64,000 nt of DNA from an uncultured archaeon (GTDB lineage: Archaea; Thermoplasmatota; Poseidoniia; MGIII; CG-Epi1): contig CAYMDK010000001.1 in the NCBI GenBank assembly GCA_964389465.1, positions 86,852 to 150,851 on the forward strand. Direction: 5' to 3'. This document shows positions 1 to 9,905 of the stretch, in pieces (the first letter of the stretch is position 1; each line of letters starts with the position of its first letter). A program made the position numbers and the translations under genes. A model generated the notes under the pieces. That model was not told the origin of the DNA, did no database searches, and saw nothing but the letters and a program-made list of their open reading frames with translations.

Positions 1-849
1 CTGGTTGGCGACCCGCCCAACGTCATGATTGCCGCCTCGACCGGCTTCACCTTCAACAGCTTCATCGAGCACCTGACGCCGTTGACGGTGATAGCATGGA
101 TTGCGACGATGGGCTACATGCGCTACTACTACCGGGACTGGATTGAGACCAAACCCGAACACGTGGAGGAGCTACTGGCGGAGGACGAGTGGGCCGTCGT
201 GCGCGACCTGCGAATGATGAACCGCACGCTGGTGGCACTGTCACTCACGATTGTGACGTTCTCAGTGCACGAGATAATTCACCTGGAGCTGGAGATTTCA
301 GCCATCGCGCTCGGTGGTGCCGGTCTGGCGATTGCGCTTTCGCTGCCCGATCTGCCCGAAGTGGTCGAGCGGGTCGAATGGCCGGCACTGCTCTTCTTCG
401 CCGGGCTGTTCATCATGGTTGGCGGGCTGGAAGGGGTTGGCCACCTGACTGCGCTGGCGAGCTGGATTTTCGATACCTTCGCAGATGACCCACTGATGCT
501 GGCGGTCGCAGTCATCTGGGTCTCCGCCATCGCGTCGGCCATCGTTGACAACATCCCCTTCGCCGCCGCCATGATTCCTGTCATCCACAAGCTGGGGGAG
601 CTGAGTGAAGGCGACATCAACACTGCGCCGCTCTTCTGGGCGCTGGCAATGGGCTGCGGCTTCGGCGGCAACGCGACCCCCATCGGGTCGAGCGCAAACG
701 TAATGACCGTCTCCATCGCCGAGCGCGGTGGTCACGCCATCAGCACGGCCGAATGGATTCGGGTGGGACTGCCGGTGATGATGATTACCTGCGTCGTCGC
801 GAGCATCTTCATGATCCTTTTCTACGACTCGCTCTACGTCAATCCCTGA
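1..849 (+). CDS. ArsB/NhaD-superfamily ion transporter permease (C-terminal part; gene starts upstream of window)
   Basis: Frame 1 is open from nt 1 (LVGDPPNVMIAAS...). It encodes a multi-TM protein with the GDPPN motif typical of ArsB/NhaD/CitMHS permeases. The track ORF 25..849 is the same frame. Confidence 0.7.
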   Translation: MVGDPPNVMIAASTGFTFNSFIEHLTPLTVIAWIATMGYMRYYYRDWIETKPEHVEELLAEDEWAVVRDLRMMNRTLVALSLTIVTFSVHEIIHLELEISAIALGGAGLAIALSLPDLPEVVERVEWPALLFFAGLFIMVGGLEGVGHLTALASWIFDTFADDPLMLAVAVIWVSAIASAIVDNIPFAAAMIPVIHKLGELSEGDINTAPLFWALAMGCGFGGNATPIGSSANVMTVSIAERGGHAISTAEWIRVGLPVMMITCVVASIFMILFYDSLYVNP

Positions 850-1706
850 GAGAGGACTGGACGGCAGGTCGCGCAGTCCTCCGTAGCGCTCACGGCAGCT
901 CCGCACTCCGGGCAACGCGCACGCTCGCGGAAGCGTTCCAGCCATGCCGCGCGCAGCTCGGGCTCGTCGGCCGCCATAGCGTGCCGCAATTCCTCCTCGC
1001 CGCCTTCCAGCGCCAGCAAGTGCTCCAGCCCCGGCATCGCCGCGACGCTGCTGGGCTGCGGCCGCAGCAGCGGCGCCATAAATACCCCGGCGACAAAGCC
1101 GGCGGCGTGCGCGGTATGCCCCACACCGTCACTGATGCCGGCCGCTACGTAGGCGGTCTCGCCGCCCATGAAAACCAGCGCCGCCAGCAGCACCGGCACC
1201 CGCGGCAGGAACAGCGGCCCCAGCAGCATCGGGATTTCGTCGCGCGGATAGAGCAGCGCGAAGGCGCCCATCACTGCGAAGACCGCCCCGGAAGCGCCGA
1301 TGTGGATGCCACCGTCGCCCTGCCACAGCGCCAGCAGCCCGCTCACCAGCGAAGCGAGCAGTCCGCCCGCGAAGAAGACTATGAGCAGCCGCCGCGTGCC
1401 GATGCGCTCCTCGAACGGCGCGCCGAGCAGCAGCAGCACCAGCATGTTCATCAGCAGGTGCAGCGGCCCTGCGTGCAGGAACATCGCGGTCACGAGCGTC
1501 GCCCATCCTGCGCCGGGCTGCGCCAGGTAGCTGGGGCGGAACCCCAGCTCGAGCCAGGTGGCCACCGGCGCGCCGGCGAGCCACCACGCGCCGAAGAGCG
1601 CGAAGTTGGCCAGCACCAGCGCCTGTGCCGCGTACATGCGGGCGCGCAGTCCGCCGACCAGCACCGCCACTGCCAGCAGTAGCAGCAGCAGGGAGAGCAC
1701 GCTCAT
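834..1706 (-). CDS. Rhomboid-family intramembrane serine protease with C-terminal Cys-rich (zinc-ribbon-like) tail
   Basis: Multi-TM protein with the GASGAVFAVMG catalytic Ser motif and a downstream His in a TM helix (GHTAHAAGFVAG). The C-terminus carries CPECG...C..C. Confidence 0.8.
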   Translation of the reverse strand: MSVLSLLLLLLAVAVLVGGLRARMYAAQALVLANFALFGAWWLAGAPVATWLELGFRPSYLAQPGAGWATLVTAMFLHAGPLHLLMNMLVLLLLGAPFEERIGTRRLLIVFFAGGLLASLVSGLLALWQGDGGIHIGASGAVFAVMGAFALLYPRDEIPMLLGPLFLPRVPVLLAALVFMGGETAYVAAGISDGVGHTAHAAGFVAGVFMAPLLRPQPSSVAAMPGLEHLLALEGGEEELRHAMAADEPELRAAWLERFRERARCPECGAAVSATEDCATCRPVLSQGLT

Positions 1707-1799
1707 TACCGGTGGCGAGCGCGGCGCCGGTTAAGGCTCACGCTAGGGTGGGGGGTTGGGGCCTCCGGGAGGCCCCCCGTAGCGCTTGGAGCGCCTGTT

Positions 1800-4700
1800 T
1801 TATGCGTCTTCCCGGCGGCGGAGGGCTACACCCAGGCCAGCCAGGAGGGATGCCATGCTGAGGCCGAAGAGGGTCAGCGCGAACGACGGAGTCGTATCGG
1901 AAGCTGCCACAATCGAGACGGTGCCACTGATGACGTTGTCGTCCCGCTGATTCAGGAACTCGTCATGGTGGGTGCGGTCGTTTATGATGTCCTCGGTCTC
2001 GAGCGTCGGGTTAATCTGGGCGTAGACGGTCACGTCCCAGTACTCGCCGCCGTTACCTCTGTCTGCGCCCTTCTCAGGAATGAAGGGGTCGACCCAGGTG
2101 ATTGAAGCGGTGCTGTAGGTCAGGACCTTGTTGTCCACCTGCTTCTGCGCGGTCAGCACGGCCGTGGGCGCCATACGGTCAATCGAGGTATCGCCGATGC
2201 GGGTTACCCGCTTCATGCCATCCGGGAAGGAGACCATCTTGCCGCCCTTGGGGTCGTAGACGTAGAAGACGACCAGCACGTCCTGTGCATAGTTGCCGTC
2301 GTTCTCGGCCGTAACCCGGACAGTGACGCCATTGTCATCGCCCTCGAGGACCGCAAGGCGGTCAACCGAGATTCCGGTCAGCGAGAACTGTGGCGGCCGG
2401 ATGAAGAGCGACGCTGAGAGTGGCTCGTCCATGTCCGCGCTGTTCGCGGTGTCCTTGCCGTTCAGCTTGATGTCGAACTCCCGGTTACCTGCAGGTTCGC
2501 CAGTATCCCAGTCGAAGTCGGGGGCCCAGATAGAGAGGGTGATGGTCACCTGCTGGTCAGCATCCAGCGGGATGCTGGTGGTTCCGTCTATCGAGGAAGT
2601 GGTCACCGGTGCTCCAGAGCTGGAGTCGGTCACCGCCCGGTAGATGGACCAGTCAGAGGTGTCGTATTCACTGCCTCCCGCCACGAGCGCTGGAGAGATT
2701 TCCAGCACGTTGGCAAGGGTTCCGATGTTGCGTGCGGTGTAGACTACATCCACTCCCAGTGAGGGGTAGATTTCGTACACACGCGTGTCGTGGTCGACCT
2801 TGTCCCAGAAGATACCGTGCTCGAGCGTACGGACCACCTTGACGCCGCCAATGGAGGCGCTACCCTGTGGACCCTTCGCCTGGAAGACGAAGGAATACTG
2901 GTTGTCAGGTGCAGGGTCGTAGTCCAGCCCGTTCAGGCCAAGCTTGCTGGTATCAAGGTGGATGTAGTATGGATTCCACTCGCCGTCCGAGTCATCTGTC
3001 AGCGAGTTGCCGACGTCACTGTGGTCGCGGCCATCGACTATCTTGAAGCCGTTGGGCGACCAGAGCACGACGGTATTACTGCTGTCAAAGGAGTGACCCT
3101 TCTGCTGCGCGTAGACCGTGATTTCGTTGCCGGAGCTCATGTCATAATTGGCCCAGAACATGAGGTAGCTGTCGTCAGTCCAGAGCGGGACGTAGTTGGT
3201 CCGCGCCTGCTCGGTCGCGACTGCCGCCGCGACGACTACGATTGTGCCAGCCATCATCGGGTGGACGCTACAGTAGTAGCTGAACGTCCCGACTTCGCTG
3301 AAGGTCAGCGAGCCACTCTCGCCTGCGGCGAGCGTGATTTCAGGCCAGTCTCCGCCAGTGGAGGTCACTGTGTGGGTAATGGTGTCGTCGTTGGTCCAGG
3401 TAACGGTAGTGCCGAGCACGGCCTCAACATAGCCGGGGCTGTAGCCAGTTGACTGCCCGACAATCGAGATGGTCATGTCTTCGGTTACCACATCGGTTTC
3501 GTCCCAGCTTACCGAGAGAGCGCCGTCGCCTACCGCGGCGGGTTCGCCCGCCGCGTCAGCCCAGTTCTCTCCACCGGTCAGTATCGGGGTGCCGAGATCC
3601 TGCTCGGTACCTACCAGCAGCATGTGGCTGGCAACGTTGTTCGACTTGAACAGGTCCTTCAGCGTGTCGCTGGTACCGGATTCGGCCAGCTTGACACCGA
3701 TGGTGTACATGCCGGGCGCAGAGAGGCCCGGGAAGCTGATGCTGAAAGTGCCGGTCTCTTCACCCATCGCCAGGTTGGAGATTGTGTAGGAGCTGTCACT
3801 CCAGACCGTGTTTCCGTCCGCGTCATTCACGTAGGCGTAGACATTCGCGCTGCTGATTGGGCCGCCAACGCCAAGGTCGCCCATACCCACGTTCTTGAAG
3901 CTCGTGGTGATGGTTGCTCCCTCGCCCAGCTCAAGCTTGTAGGGCATGCTGGAGGAGGTCTGCTCGATGTCGAAACCGAGCGCGTAGACGCCGACCTCGT
4001 CAATGTACCAGGTCGGGTCCCAGTCGATGAAGGTGCCGCCCATGTGGAATGCAATCGCGACGTCGTCCATGCCGGTGCCGGTAAAGGCATCCAGCCGCGC
4101 CTGCGACTCGACCCAGCCACCCGAGGCAGCGACGAACCCCTGCTGTCCTGCGAGCGGGTTGCCGTAGTAGGCGTAGTTGTAGACCGTTCCGCCATACAGG
4201 TCGCCCGAGGTCATCCCGATCGTGCCTGTACCCAGTACATCAACGTGGCCCCCATCATAGAAGGTGGAGCTGTAGCTGCTGATGTAGGCGTAGTAGGCAT
4301 ACTGGTGCTGGAACACCATCTTGGCCGAGGTCGCCTGCGACAGGTCTATCGAGGGCGAGATGAGGTTGGTGCTGTCACCGTTGTAGGCGGTGCCATACTC
4401 GTCGTCTCCACCCCACCACGACTTGCTGCCAGCAAAGACCTTGGTCGATTGGGTCTGCCACCGGGCCACCCCACTCGACAGATGGGCGGACCAGCCATCC
4501 TCATAAAGATGGGCCTTGCCGTCATATGTGCAGTCTTTGCATGATATCTCGGCCTCGCCGCCGGTGTAGGCCACGGTGAACATGGTCTCGCGCGATACCT
4601 CGCGCTTGTTGTCACCAGTGAACTCGTCCGCGGCAACGTTGCCGTCGTCATCGAGGTAGCCGTCAATCCAGGTCTCGACCCGTAGCTTGTACTGGCCGGG

Positions 4701-7700
4701 AATGGCGAAGTGGTAGTTCCAGATGATGTCCTTGGACTCGCCGCTGGCGAATGCCCCACCAGTGCCGGCGCCAGAGACGTCGACAGTGTCCTGATAGACA
4801 ATTTCAGCCAGGTCGGTACCGGTGATGTTCAGGTTGTCAACCACCCAGAACTCGCCGTCATACGGCCAGAGGTAGTGGTAGAACCCGAAGTGGAACCGGA
4901 AGCTGATATCACCCTCGCCGACGTAATCGGCGAGGTCGAATTCGCTCTCGACCCAGTCACCGTTCGGGTGCGCCGAGGCGCCACCGCTGGTGCCGACAAA
5001 GGCATCCTGTCCCCAGAGCGGATTGCCCCAGCCCTGATAGTTGTAGATAGTACCGGGGTAGCCACCGCTCGGGACAATCGTGGTCCAGCTCACACCACCG
5101 TCGTCCGAAATTTCGACTATGCCGCCGTTCGGGTTGTAGCTCAGTCCGCCGGTCCAGTGGAAGTTCCAGCGGTGCTGCATGGTCATCTTGGCGTCAGACG
5201 GAGCAGAGCTCAGGTCGTACGACTCGCTGACCAGCATACCTTCGCCGCCACCATAGTACATCTCGAACTCGTTGTTCGAGCCGGGGCCCCAGGCGTCGCT
5301 GCCGCCAAAGCCGGACTGTCCCGAGGGGAAGGTCCAGCCGGGCTGGCTGCCCCATGAGGAGCCTGCCGACGAATGGGATGCGGTCCAGGGGTGGTTGGAG
5401 CTGCTGTAGCTGTCGTGGTCCTCGGCAATCAGGTTGGTAACATCCTCGGTCCCGAGGGTGAGGCGCACCTTGGTCTTGCCAGAGGTCTGGTCGTTGACGC
5501 CCGCGTTGATTACGGTGGAGCCAATGTCAGGACTGCCATCTACCGGAATCGGGTCGACTACATCGATAGGCGAAACAGCGACGTTGTCGTTGAAGACTAT
5601 GCCGGTAATGGCAAGGTCATCCAGCCGGTAGAAGCCGTTGACGTAGCTGCCCCAGGAGGTCGAGGACCAGCCGACGTGCCAGCGGATGCGGATGTCGTCC
5701 TGTCCCACGTAGGGAGTCAGGTCGAAGGTCTTCTTCTCCCACGGCATCGGCGAGGGGCTGTAGCTGAAGCTGCCGCCCGCGCTGCCGTAGTAGGTGAAGC
5801 CACTGTAGCCACGTAGCGGGTTCTGGTAGTACGCGTAATTGTAAATCGCGTAGCTATAGCCACCAACCGGTGCAATCGGGTTCCAGCTGTTACCACTGTC
5901 TTCCGAGATTTCGACCACCGCACCATCGTACGTGTAGTAGAAGTAGTACGAGTGCATGAAGGTCATCTCGGCCTCAACCGGCATGAGAAGGTTGATGTCG
6001 CCCGTGGAGGCCCACGGGTCGCCGGGATAGGTCTGGTCGTACTTGCGCCCGGAGTCGAGCGAGCAAGGCGCGGAATTGACGTCATTGGAGGCTGCGCCCC
6101 AGATGGAGCCGCCCGAGGTGTCACGTCCGAAATTCCAGTCGTCGACATTGCAGTCATCGAAGTTGTCCGCGAAAACGACGTACTTGACTTCGCGGAAGAC
6201 GTTGAAGCGGTTGTTCGAGATGTCCTCGTCGCCATAGTCATTGATGATAGTCATCGAGACGCCGACCTTATCGCCCGACTTCAGGCCGTTCAACGAGGGC
6301 TGGAACGGACTGAACTCAACCGCGACAGTCTCCTTGTAGTCAATCGAGGCAATCGTCTTGGTCTCGTCGACAAAGGTCTGGTCGATATCAATCAGCTCGA
6401 CCTGCACGTCATCGAGACGGAAGAAACTGTTGTAGTACAGCCACGCGTAGCTGTACCAGTACTGGTTGTAACCTACTGTCCAGCGTACCTTGACGTCCGG
6501 GTAGCCTGTGAAATCACTAAGATCTACCTCCGTGGAATCCCACTTGCACGCCTGCCGGCAGGCAGCGTTGAAACCGCCGCCGGTGCCATAGTAGGTCCAC
6601 GCCTGCTTGTCCTTGATATAGTCAGGCGTGTTGTACCACGAATAAATCGAACCATAAGTGCCTGTGACATAGCCACCGCTGGTGAATTTATCTTCCTCGA
6701 TGTAGGTCCAGGTTGTACCGCCATCGGTCGATGCCTCCAGTATAGCGCCTTCGTACCGGTAGTAGAAGTAGTACGAGTGCTTGAACTTGAGGGTCATACC
6801 GACCGCAGTCGAGGTGTCAATCGAGGGGGTCGTAAGGTGGCTCAGCATCGCATCGAGCGGGCCAAACACCTTATCGAGACTGCCGTCCGAAAGGTCGTAG
6901 TAGCCAACCTTGTCGTAAGCGTTGTAGATGTAGTACTCGCGGTACAGATACGCACTGCTGATGTACACGTGGGTATCGGTCATGGCAACCGAGCCAATGT
7001 AGGTGTTCCAGCCACCGCCGTACTGCGTCAGCACGGTGGACCAGGAACAGCCCGTAGTGGATATCTTTTTCAGTCCGCCATAGAAGCTGGAGTAGTAGTA
7101 CCCTGACGTGTAGACAGAGCCCTCATAGACGTCAACGCTGCTCGGATAGTACAGGTACCCACCACCACTGTACTGACAGTGTGTGTAGGAGTTGGCGCCG
7201 TAGCCACCACTAGAGTCGCGAGTATACTTCCGCAACGCTGACTGGGAGTAATGGCGATAAACCATCCAGATGTCACCGGTGTCGTCATCCGCATCCAGGT
7301 CTTCCCAGTAGTAGTAACGTGATTTACCGTTACCATAGGTGAAGGAGCCATCGGTCGAGCCATCATCCGCATCCAGAATAACTACCTTGGTATTCGCGGT
7401 CGTGTAGAATACCTGCAGTGCGAATACCTGACCATCGTAGTAGGTAAGTGCCATCCCGTACTTGATTGCCGTCGATGAACTCGTCCATAGGAGGGTTCCA
7501 CTCGAACTGAACTTCTTGACCCACGTAGTGGTACAGAACAGGTAACCTGTGCCTGAACAGCGGCCTAACACATAGACATTACCACTGGGGTCAGTGGTCA
7601 CGTCCACCGGGTTGGTAAGGCCGGACTTGAAGACCGACCCCTGGTTGTCGCTGTCAAACTTCCATACTTGCCCATTCAGCCTGTCGGCAACATAGAGGTC

Positions 7701-8852
7701 AGAGCCATCGTGGTGAAGGCGGGCATTATCATTGAACATGCCGCCAATTGCACCCTCCTTGCGGCCGGACGACATGGAACGATCGGATGTGTCACCGTCG
7801 TTGAAGTGGTCGTCACCGTAGTTGTAGTTGCTAGTATGTGCACCCTGACTGTCATTAATATCTCCAGTCCAGAGGTTTGCACCCTGAGACGCACTGGAAG
7901 TGAAGTCACCGGCGCCAGAGTCGAAGTCCTCATCAAGGACAGTGTTGACCTTGGTCGAGAATACCTTGGCGTTGACGTCAACGCTGGTCTGGGTGTTGAC
8001 TCCCTTGTTGACCACGTTGGTCGAAATCGCGTTCTGGTCCGCCAGCGAAAGCGGGTCCGGGACGCTCGAACTCTCGAGCCGCAGCTCGTTGTCCGGAGGC
8101 GGTGGCGGGTAAAACAGGATAGCGAGGTTGTTGTAAGACGAACCACCGGTGCTGTAGGCGTAGCTCAGGCCGGGGCCGGAACCCTTCTGCTGGATACCGA
8201 TGGAAATGGTAGTGTAGTAACCGCCCCAGCTGCCGTCCTGATACTGGTAAACGATGTCACCATTCTCGTGCACGATAGCCTGGAAGGTCGAGGTATCAGA
8301 TGACCAGCAGGTGTAGTAGTTGCTCATCTTGTACCAGGTGATGGTGAGCTGCCGGTCGGGCGCGGTGCCCTGCGTCTCGTACTTGATGTACGCATCATTC
8401 TGGCAGTAGCGCCAGTCGTGCCAGTAGGGCGATAGCATCGTCCCGCTGATTGAACTGTACGGCATCTGGTAGGGAGTCCATGCATACGACACGGAGGGCT
8501 GGTCAAATGAGAACCAGCCGTTGTCACCACCAATGTAAAATTCATCGTAATCCACACCGTAGTAGGTCACCGTAAATCCGAGGTCGAAACTACTGGTGAC
8601 GTAGTCGCCGGGATTGGTAATGGACGTCCCGGTACTGGAAATATCATTCCAGCTATACGACACCTTGCCGTCTGTTTCCAGACTGTCGGTGAAGTTGTAA
8701 CCGAAGGAATCTGGTCCTCCGGTCTTCGCCGTGGCGTAGGGTGCCAGCATCACGAACGTGCTGGTGACCATGAACACGGCAACTGCAAAAGCAACGAGCC
8801 TTGCAGTCCAGGCGAGAGAGCTCTCCGTACGGGTTTCTTGCATATTACACAC
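1800..8852 (-). CDS. Giant (2350 aa) secreted/cell-surface protein: N-terminal signal/TM, NHL-like beta-propeller, four repeated ~180-aa beta-sandwich modules, cupredoxin (plastocyanin-like) domain, C-terminal TM anchor
   Basis: Single uninterrupted ORF. N-terminal hydrophobic segment. Module repeats of the form MT..H.YYFYY.Y.GA..E.S.DGG..W..I...YNY....NPL.GQ. NHL-like YVADRLNGQVWKFD. Type-1 copper signature H..(~35)..YYCSVHPMMAG. C-terminal ...TPSFALTLFGLSMASLLAGLGVALRRREDA. Start is GTG at 8852 or ATG at 8843. Confidence 0.75.
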   Translation of the reverse strand: MCNMQETRTESSLAWTARLVAFAVAVFMVTSTFVMLAPYATAKTGGPDSFGYNFTDSLETDGKVSYSWNDISSTGTSITNPGDYVTSSFDLGFTVTYYGVDYDEFYIGGDNGWFSFDQPSVSYAWTPYQMPYSSISGTMLSPYWHDWRYCQNDAYIKYETQGTAPDRQLTITWYKMSNYYTCWSSDTSTFQAIVHENGDIVYQYQDGSWGGYYTTISIGIQQKGSGPGLSYAYSTGGSSYNNLAILFYPPPPPDNELRLESSSVPDPLSLADQNAISTNVVNKGVNTQTSVDVNAKVFSTKVNTVLDEDFDSGAGDFTSSASQGANLWTGDINDSQGAHTSNYNYGDDHFNDGDTSDRSMSSGRKEGAIGGMFNDNARLHHDGSDLYVADRLNGQVWKFDSDNQGSVFKSGLTNPVDVTTDPSGNVYVLGRCSGTGYLFCTTTWVKKFSSSGTLLWTSSSTAIKYGMALTYYDGQVFALQVFYTTANTKVVILDADDGSTDGSFTYGNGKSRYYYWEDLDADDDTGDIWMVYRHYSQSALRKYTRDSSGGYGANSYTHCQYSGGGYLYYPSSVDVYEGSVYTSGYYYSSFYGGLKKISTTGCSWSTVLTQYGGGWNTYIGSVAMTDTHVYISSAYLYREYYIYNAYDKVGYYDLSDGSLDKVFGPLDAMLSHLTTPSIDTSTAVGMTLKFKHSYYFYYRYEGAILEASTDGGTTWTYIEEDKFTSGGYVTGTYGSIYSWYNTPDYIKDKQAWTYYGTGGGFNAACRQACKWDSTEVDLSDFTGYPDVKVRWTVGYNQYWYSYAWLYYNSFFRLDDVQVELIDIDQTFVDETKTIASIDYKETVAVEFSPFQPSLNGLKSGDKVGVSMTIINDYGDEDISNNRFNVFREVKYVVFADNFDDCNVDDWNFGRDTSGGSIWGAASNDVNSAPCSLDSGRKYDQTYPGDPWASTGDINLLMPVEAEMTFMHSYYFYYTYDGAVVEISEDSGNSWNPIAPVGGYSYAIYNYAYYQNPLRGYSGFTYYGSAGGSFSYSPSPMPWEKKTFDLTPYVGQDDIRIRWHVGWSSTSWGSYVNGFYRLDDLAITGIVFNDNVAVSPIDVVDPIPVDGSPDIGSTVINAGVNDQTSGKTKVRLTLGTEDVTNLIAEDHDSYSSSNHPWTASHSSAGSSWGSQPGWTFPSGQSGFGGSDAWGPGSNNEFEMYYGGGEGMLVSESYDLSSAPSDAKMTMQHRWNFHWTGGLSYNPNGGIVEISDDGGVSWTTIVPSGGYPGTIYNYQGWGNPLWGQDAFVGTSGGASAHPNGDWVESEFDLADYVGEGDISFRFHFGFYHYLWPYDGEFWVVDNLNITGTDLAEIVYQDTVDVSGAGTGGAFASGESKDIIWNYHFAIPGQYKLRVETWIDGYLDDDGNVAADEFTGDNKREVSRETMFTVAYTGGEAEISCKDCTYDGKAHLYEDGWSAHLSSGVARWQTQSTKVFAGSKSWWGGDDEYGTAYNGDSTNLISPSIDLSQATSAKMVFQHQYAYYAYISSYSSTFYDGGHVDVLGTGTIGMTSGDLYGGTVYNYAYYGNPLAGQQGFVAASGGWVESQARLDAFTGTGMDDVAIAFHMGGTFIDWDPTWYIDEVGVYALGFDIEQTSSSMPYKLELGEGATITTSFKNVGMGDLGVGGPISSANVYAYVNDADGNTVWSDSSYTISNLAMGEETGTFSISFPGLSAPGMYTIGVKLAESGTSDTLKDLFKSNNVASHMLLVGTEQDLGTPILTGGENWADAAGEPAAVGDGALSVSWDETDVVTEDMTISIVGQSTGYSPGYVEAVLGTTVTWTNDDTITHTVTSTGGDWPEITLAAGESGSLTFSEVGTFSYYCSVHPMMAGTIVVVAAAVATEQARTNYVPLWTDDSYLMFWANYDMSSGNEITVYAQQKGHSFDSSNTVVLWSPNGFKIVDGRDHSDVGNSLTDDSDGEWNPYYIHLDTSKLGLNGLDYDPAPDNQYSFVFQAKGPQGSASIGGVKVVRTLEHGIFWDKVDHDTRVYEIYPSLGVDVVYTARNIGTLANVLEISPALVAGGSEYDTSDWSIYRAVTDSSSGAPVTTSSIDGTTSIPLDADQQVTITLSIWAPDFDWDTGEPAGNREFDIKLNGKDTANSADMDEPLSASLFIRPPQFSLTGISVDRLAVLEGDDNGVTVRVTAENDGNYAQDVLVVFYVYDPKGGKMVSFPDGMKRVTRIGDTSIDRMAPTAVLTAQKQVDNKVLTYSTASITWVDPFIPEKGADRGNGGEYWDVTVYAQINPTLETEDIINDRTHHDEFLNQRDDNVISGTVSIVAASDTTPSFALTLFGLSMASLLAGLGVALRRREDA

Positions 8853-8985
8853 CTTGGTTGAGTCCTTGTCTCAGCGGGCAGGATACCCACTGAAGGGTTA
8901 CTGTCATGCTACACCGTTGATATAAAGCGTTCGCCCGGACCGGAAACAGGCTAAGCGATATAGGCGGGGCAGGGCTGCACCGACG

Positions 8986-9525
8986 ATGAAAGTCGGGGTA
9001 CTAGCTCTGCAGGGAGCGGTCAGCGAGCACTGCCGCGCGCTGGCGGCGTGTGGCGCTCGCGTGGGGGAGGTAAGGACGCCCGCAGAGCTGGCAAAAATGG
9101 ACGGGCTGGTGATGCCGGGAGGAGAGTCCACGACGCTGCGCCACCTGCTGCAAAACGGAGGGCTGTGGGAGCCACTACTGGTGTGGGAAAAGCCCATCCT
9201 GGGAACCTGCGCCGGCGCCATCCTGCTCGGCCACGGAAGCGAAACGCTCGGCCGGATGGCGATGGAACTGGACCGCAACGCCTACGGACGGCAGCAGGAA
9301 TCGTTCGAGGGGGAGGTCGAGCTGGATGCGGGCGAGCCGTTTCCCGGCATTTTCATCAGGGCACCCGCTATCACCTCCACTGACGAGGGCTGCACCCCGA
9401 TAGCATGGCACAACGGAAATATCGTGGGGGCGGTGCAGCCCCCGCACATGGCGCTCACGTTCCACCCCGAACTGACCGGCGACCGGCGGCTGCACCAGCG
9501 CTGGCTGGAGATGGTACCACGGTGA
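8986..9525 (+). CDS. pdxT: Pyridoxal 5'-phosphate synthase glutaminase subunit PdxT
   Basis: LALQGAVSEH...GLVMPGGESTT...HPELT motifs of the PdxT/SNO glutaminase family. TATA-like gatatag 22-28 nt upstream of the ATG. Confidence 0.9.
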   Translation: MKVGVLALQGAVSEHCRALAACGARVGEVRTPAELAKMDGLVMPGGESTTLRHLLQNGGLWEPLLVWEKPILGTCAGAILLGHGSETLGRMAMELDRNAYGRQQESFEGEVELDAGEPFPGIFIRAPAITSTDEGCTPIAWHNGNIVGAVQPPHMALTFHPELTGDRRLHQRWLEMVPR

Positions 9526-9860
9526 CCGACCCGAAAGGCCGCCAGCGGCCGGGCTACGAGCGGCACGTATTCATCTGCGGACACGAGCGGCCGCCCGATG
9601 CCGCGCGCCCCTGCTGCTCCGCTCGCGGCAGCTTGGCAGTGCTGAAACAGATGAAGGCGGCGGCGCGCGAGGCGGGCCTGACGGGGGTGCGGGTGCAGAA
9701 GTCGGGCTGCCTCGATTTCTGCGAGAACGGCATCTCCTGCGTAGTCTACCCGGAAGGCGTGTGGTACCGCATCGCCGACCCGGAGCGCGACGTGCCGGAA
9801 ATCGTCGAGCGGCACCTGCTCCAAGGGGAGGTCGTCGAGCGCTGCCTAATGAAGTTCTGA
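9522..9860 (+). CDS. Thioredoxin-like [2Fe-2S] ferredoxin
   Basis: C-x12-C ... C-x3-C pattern (CGHERPPDAARPCC ... GCLDFCENGISC) of the Trx-like 2Fe-2S ferredoxin family. Likely GTG start at 9522 overlapping the pdxT stop. The upstream part of track ORF 9405..9860 overlaps pdxT and is rejected. Confidence 0.6.
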   Translation: MTDPKGRQRPGYERHVFICGHERPPDAARPCCSARGSLAVLKQMKAAAREAGLTGVRVQKSGCLDFCENGISCVVYPEGVWYRIADPERDVPEIVERHLLQGEVVERCLMKF

Positions 9861-9905
9861 TTTCTCGACGACCAATATTTAAAAGAATCTTTCCCAGCGA
9901 GGCAA

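Noticed and set aside
3624-8303. Many 100-400-aa plus-strand ORFs (e.g. 3624..4544, 5952..7106, 7668..8303) inside the giant minus-strand gene
   Set aside because: Antisense, Val/Arg/Gly/Ala-rich, no domains. The minus-strand frame is continuous for 7 kb with recognisable domains and repeats.
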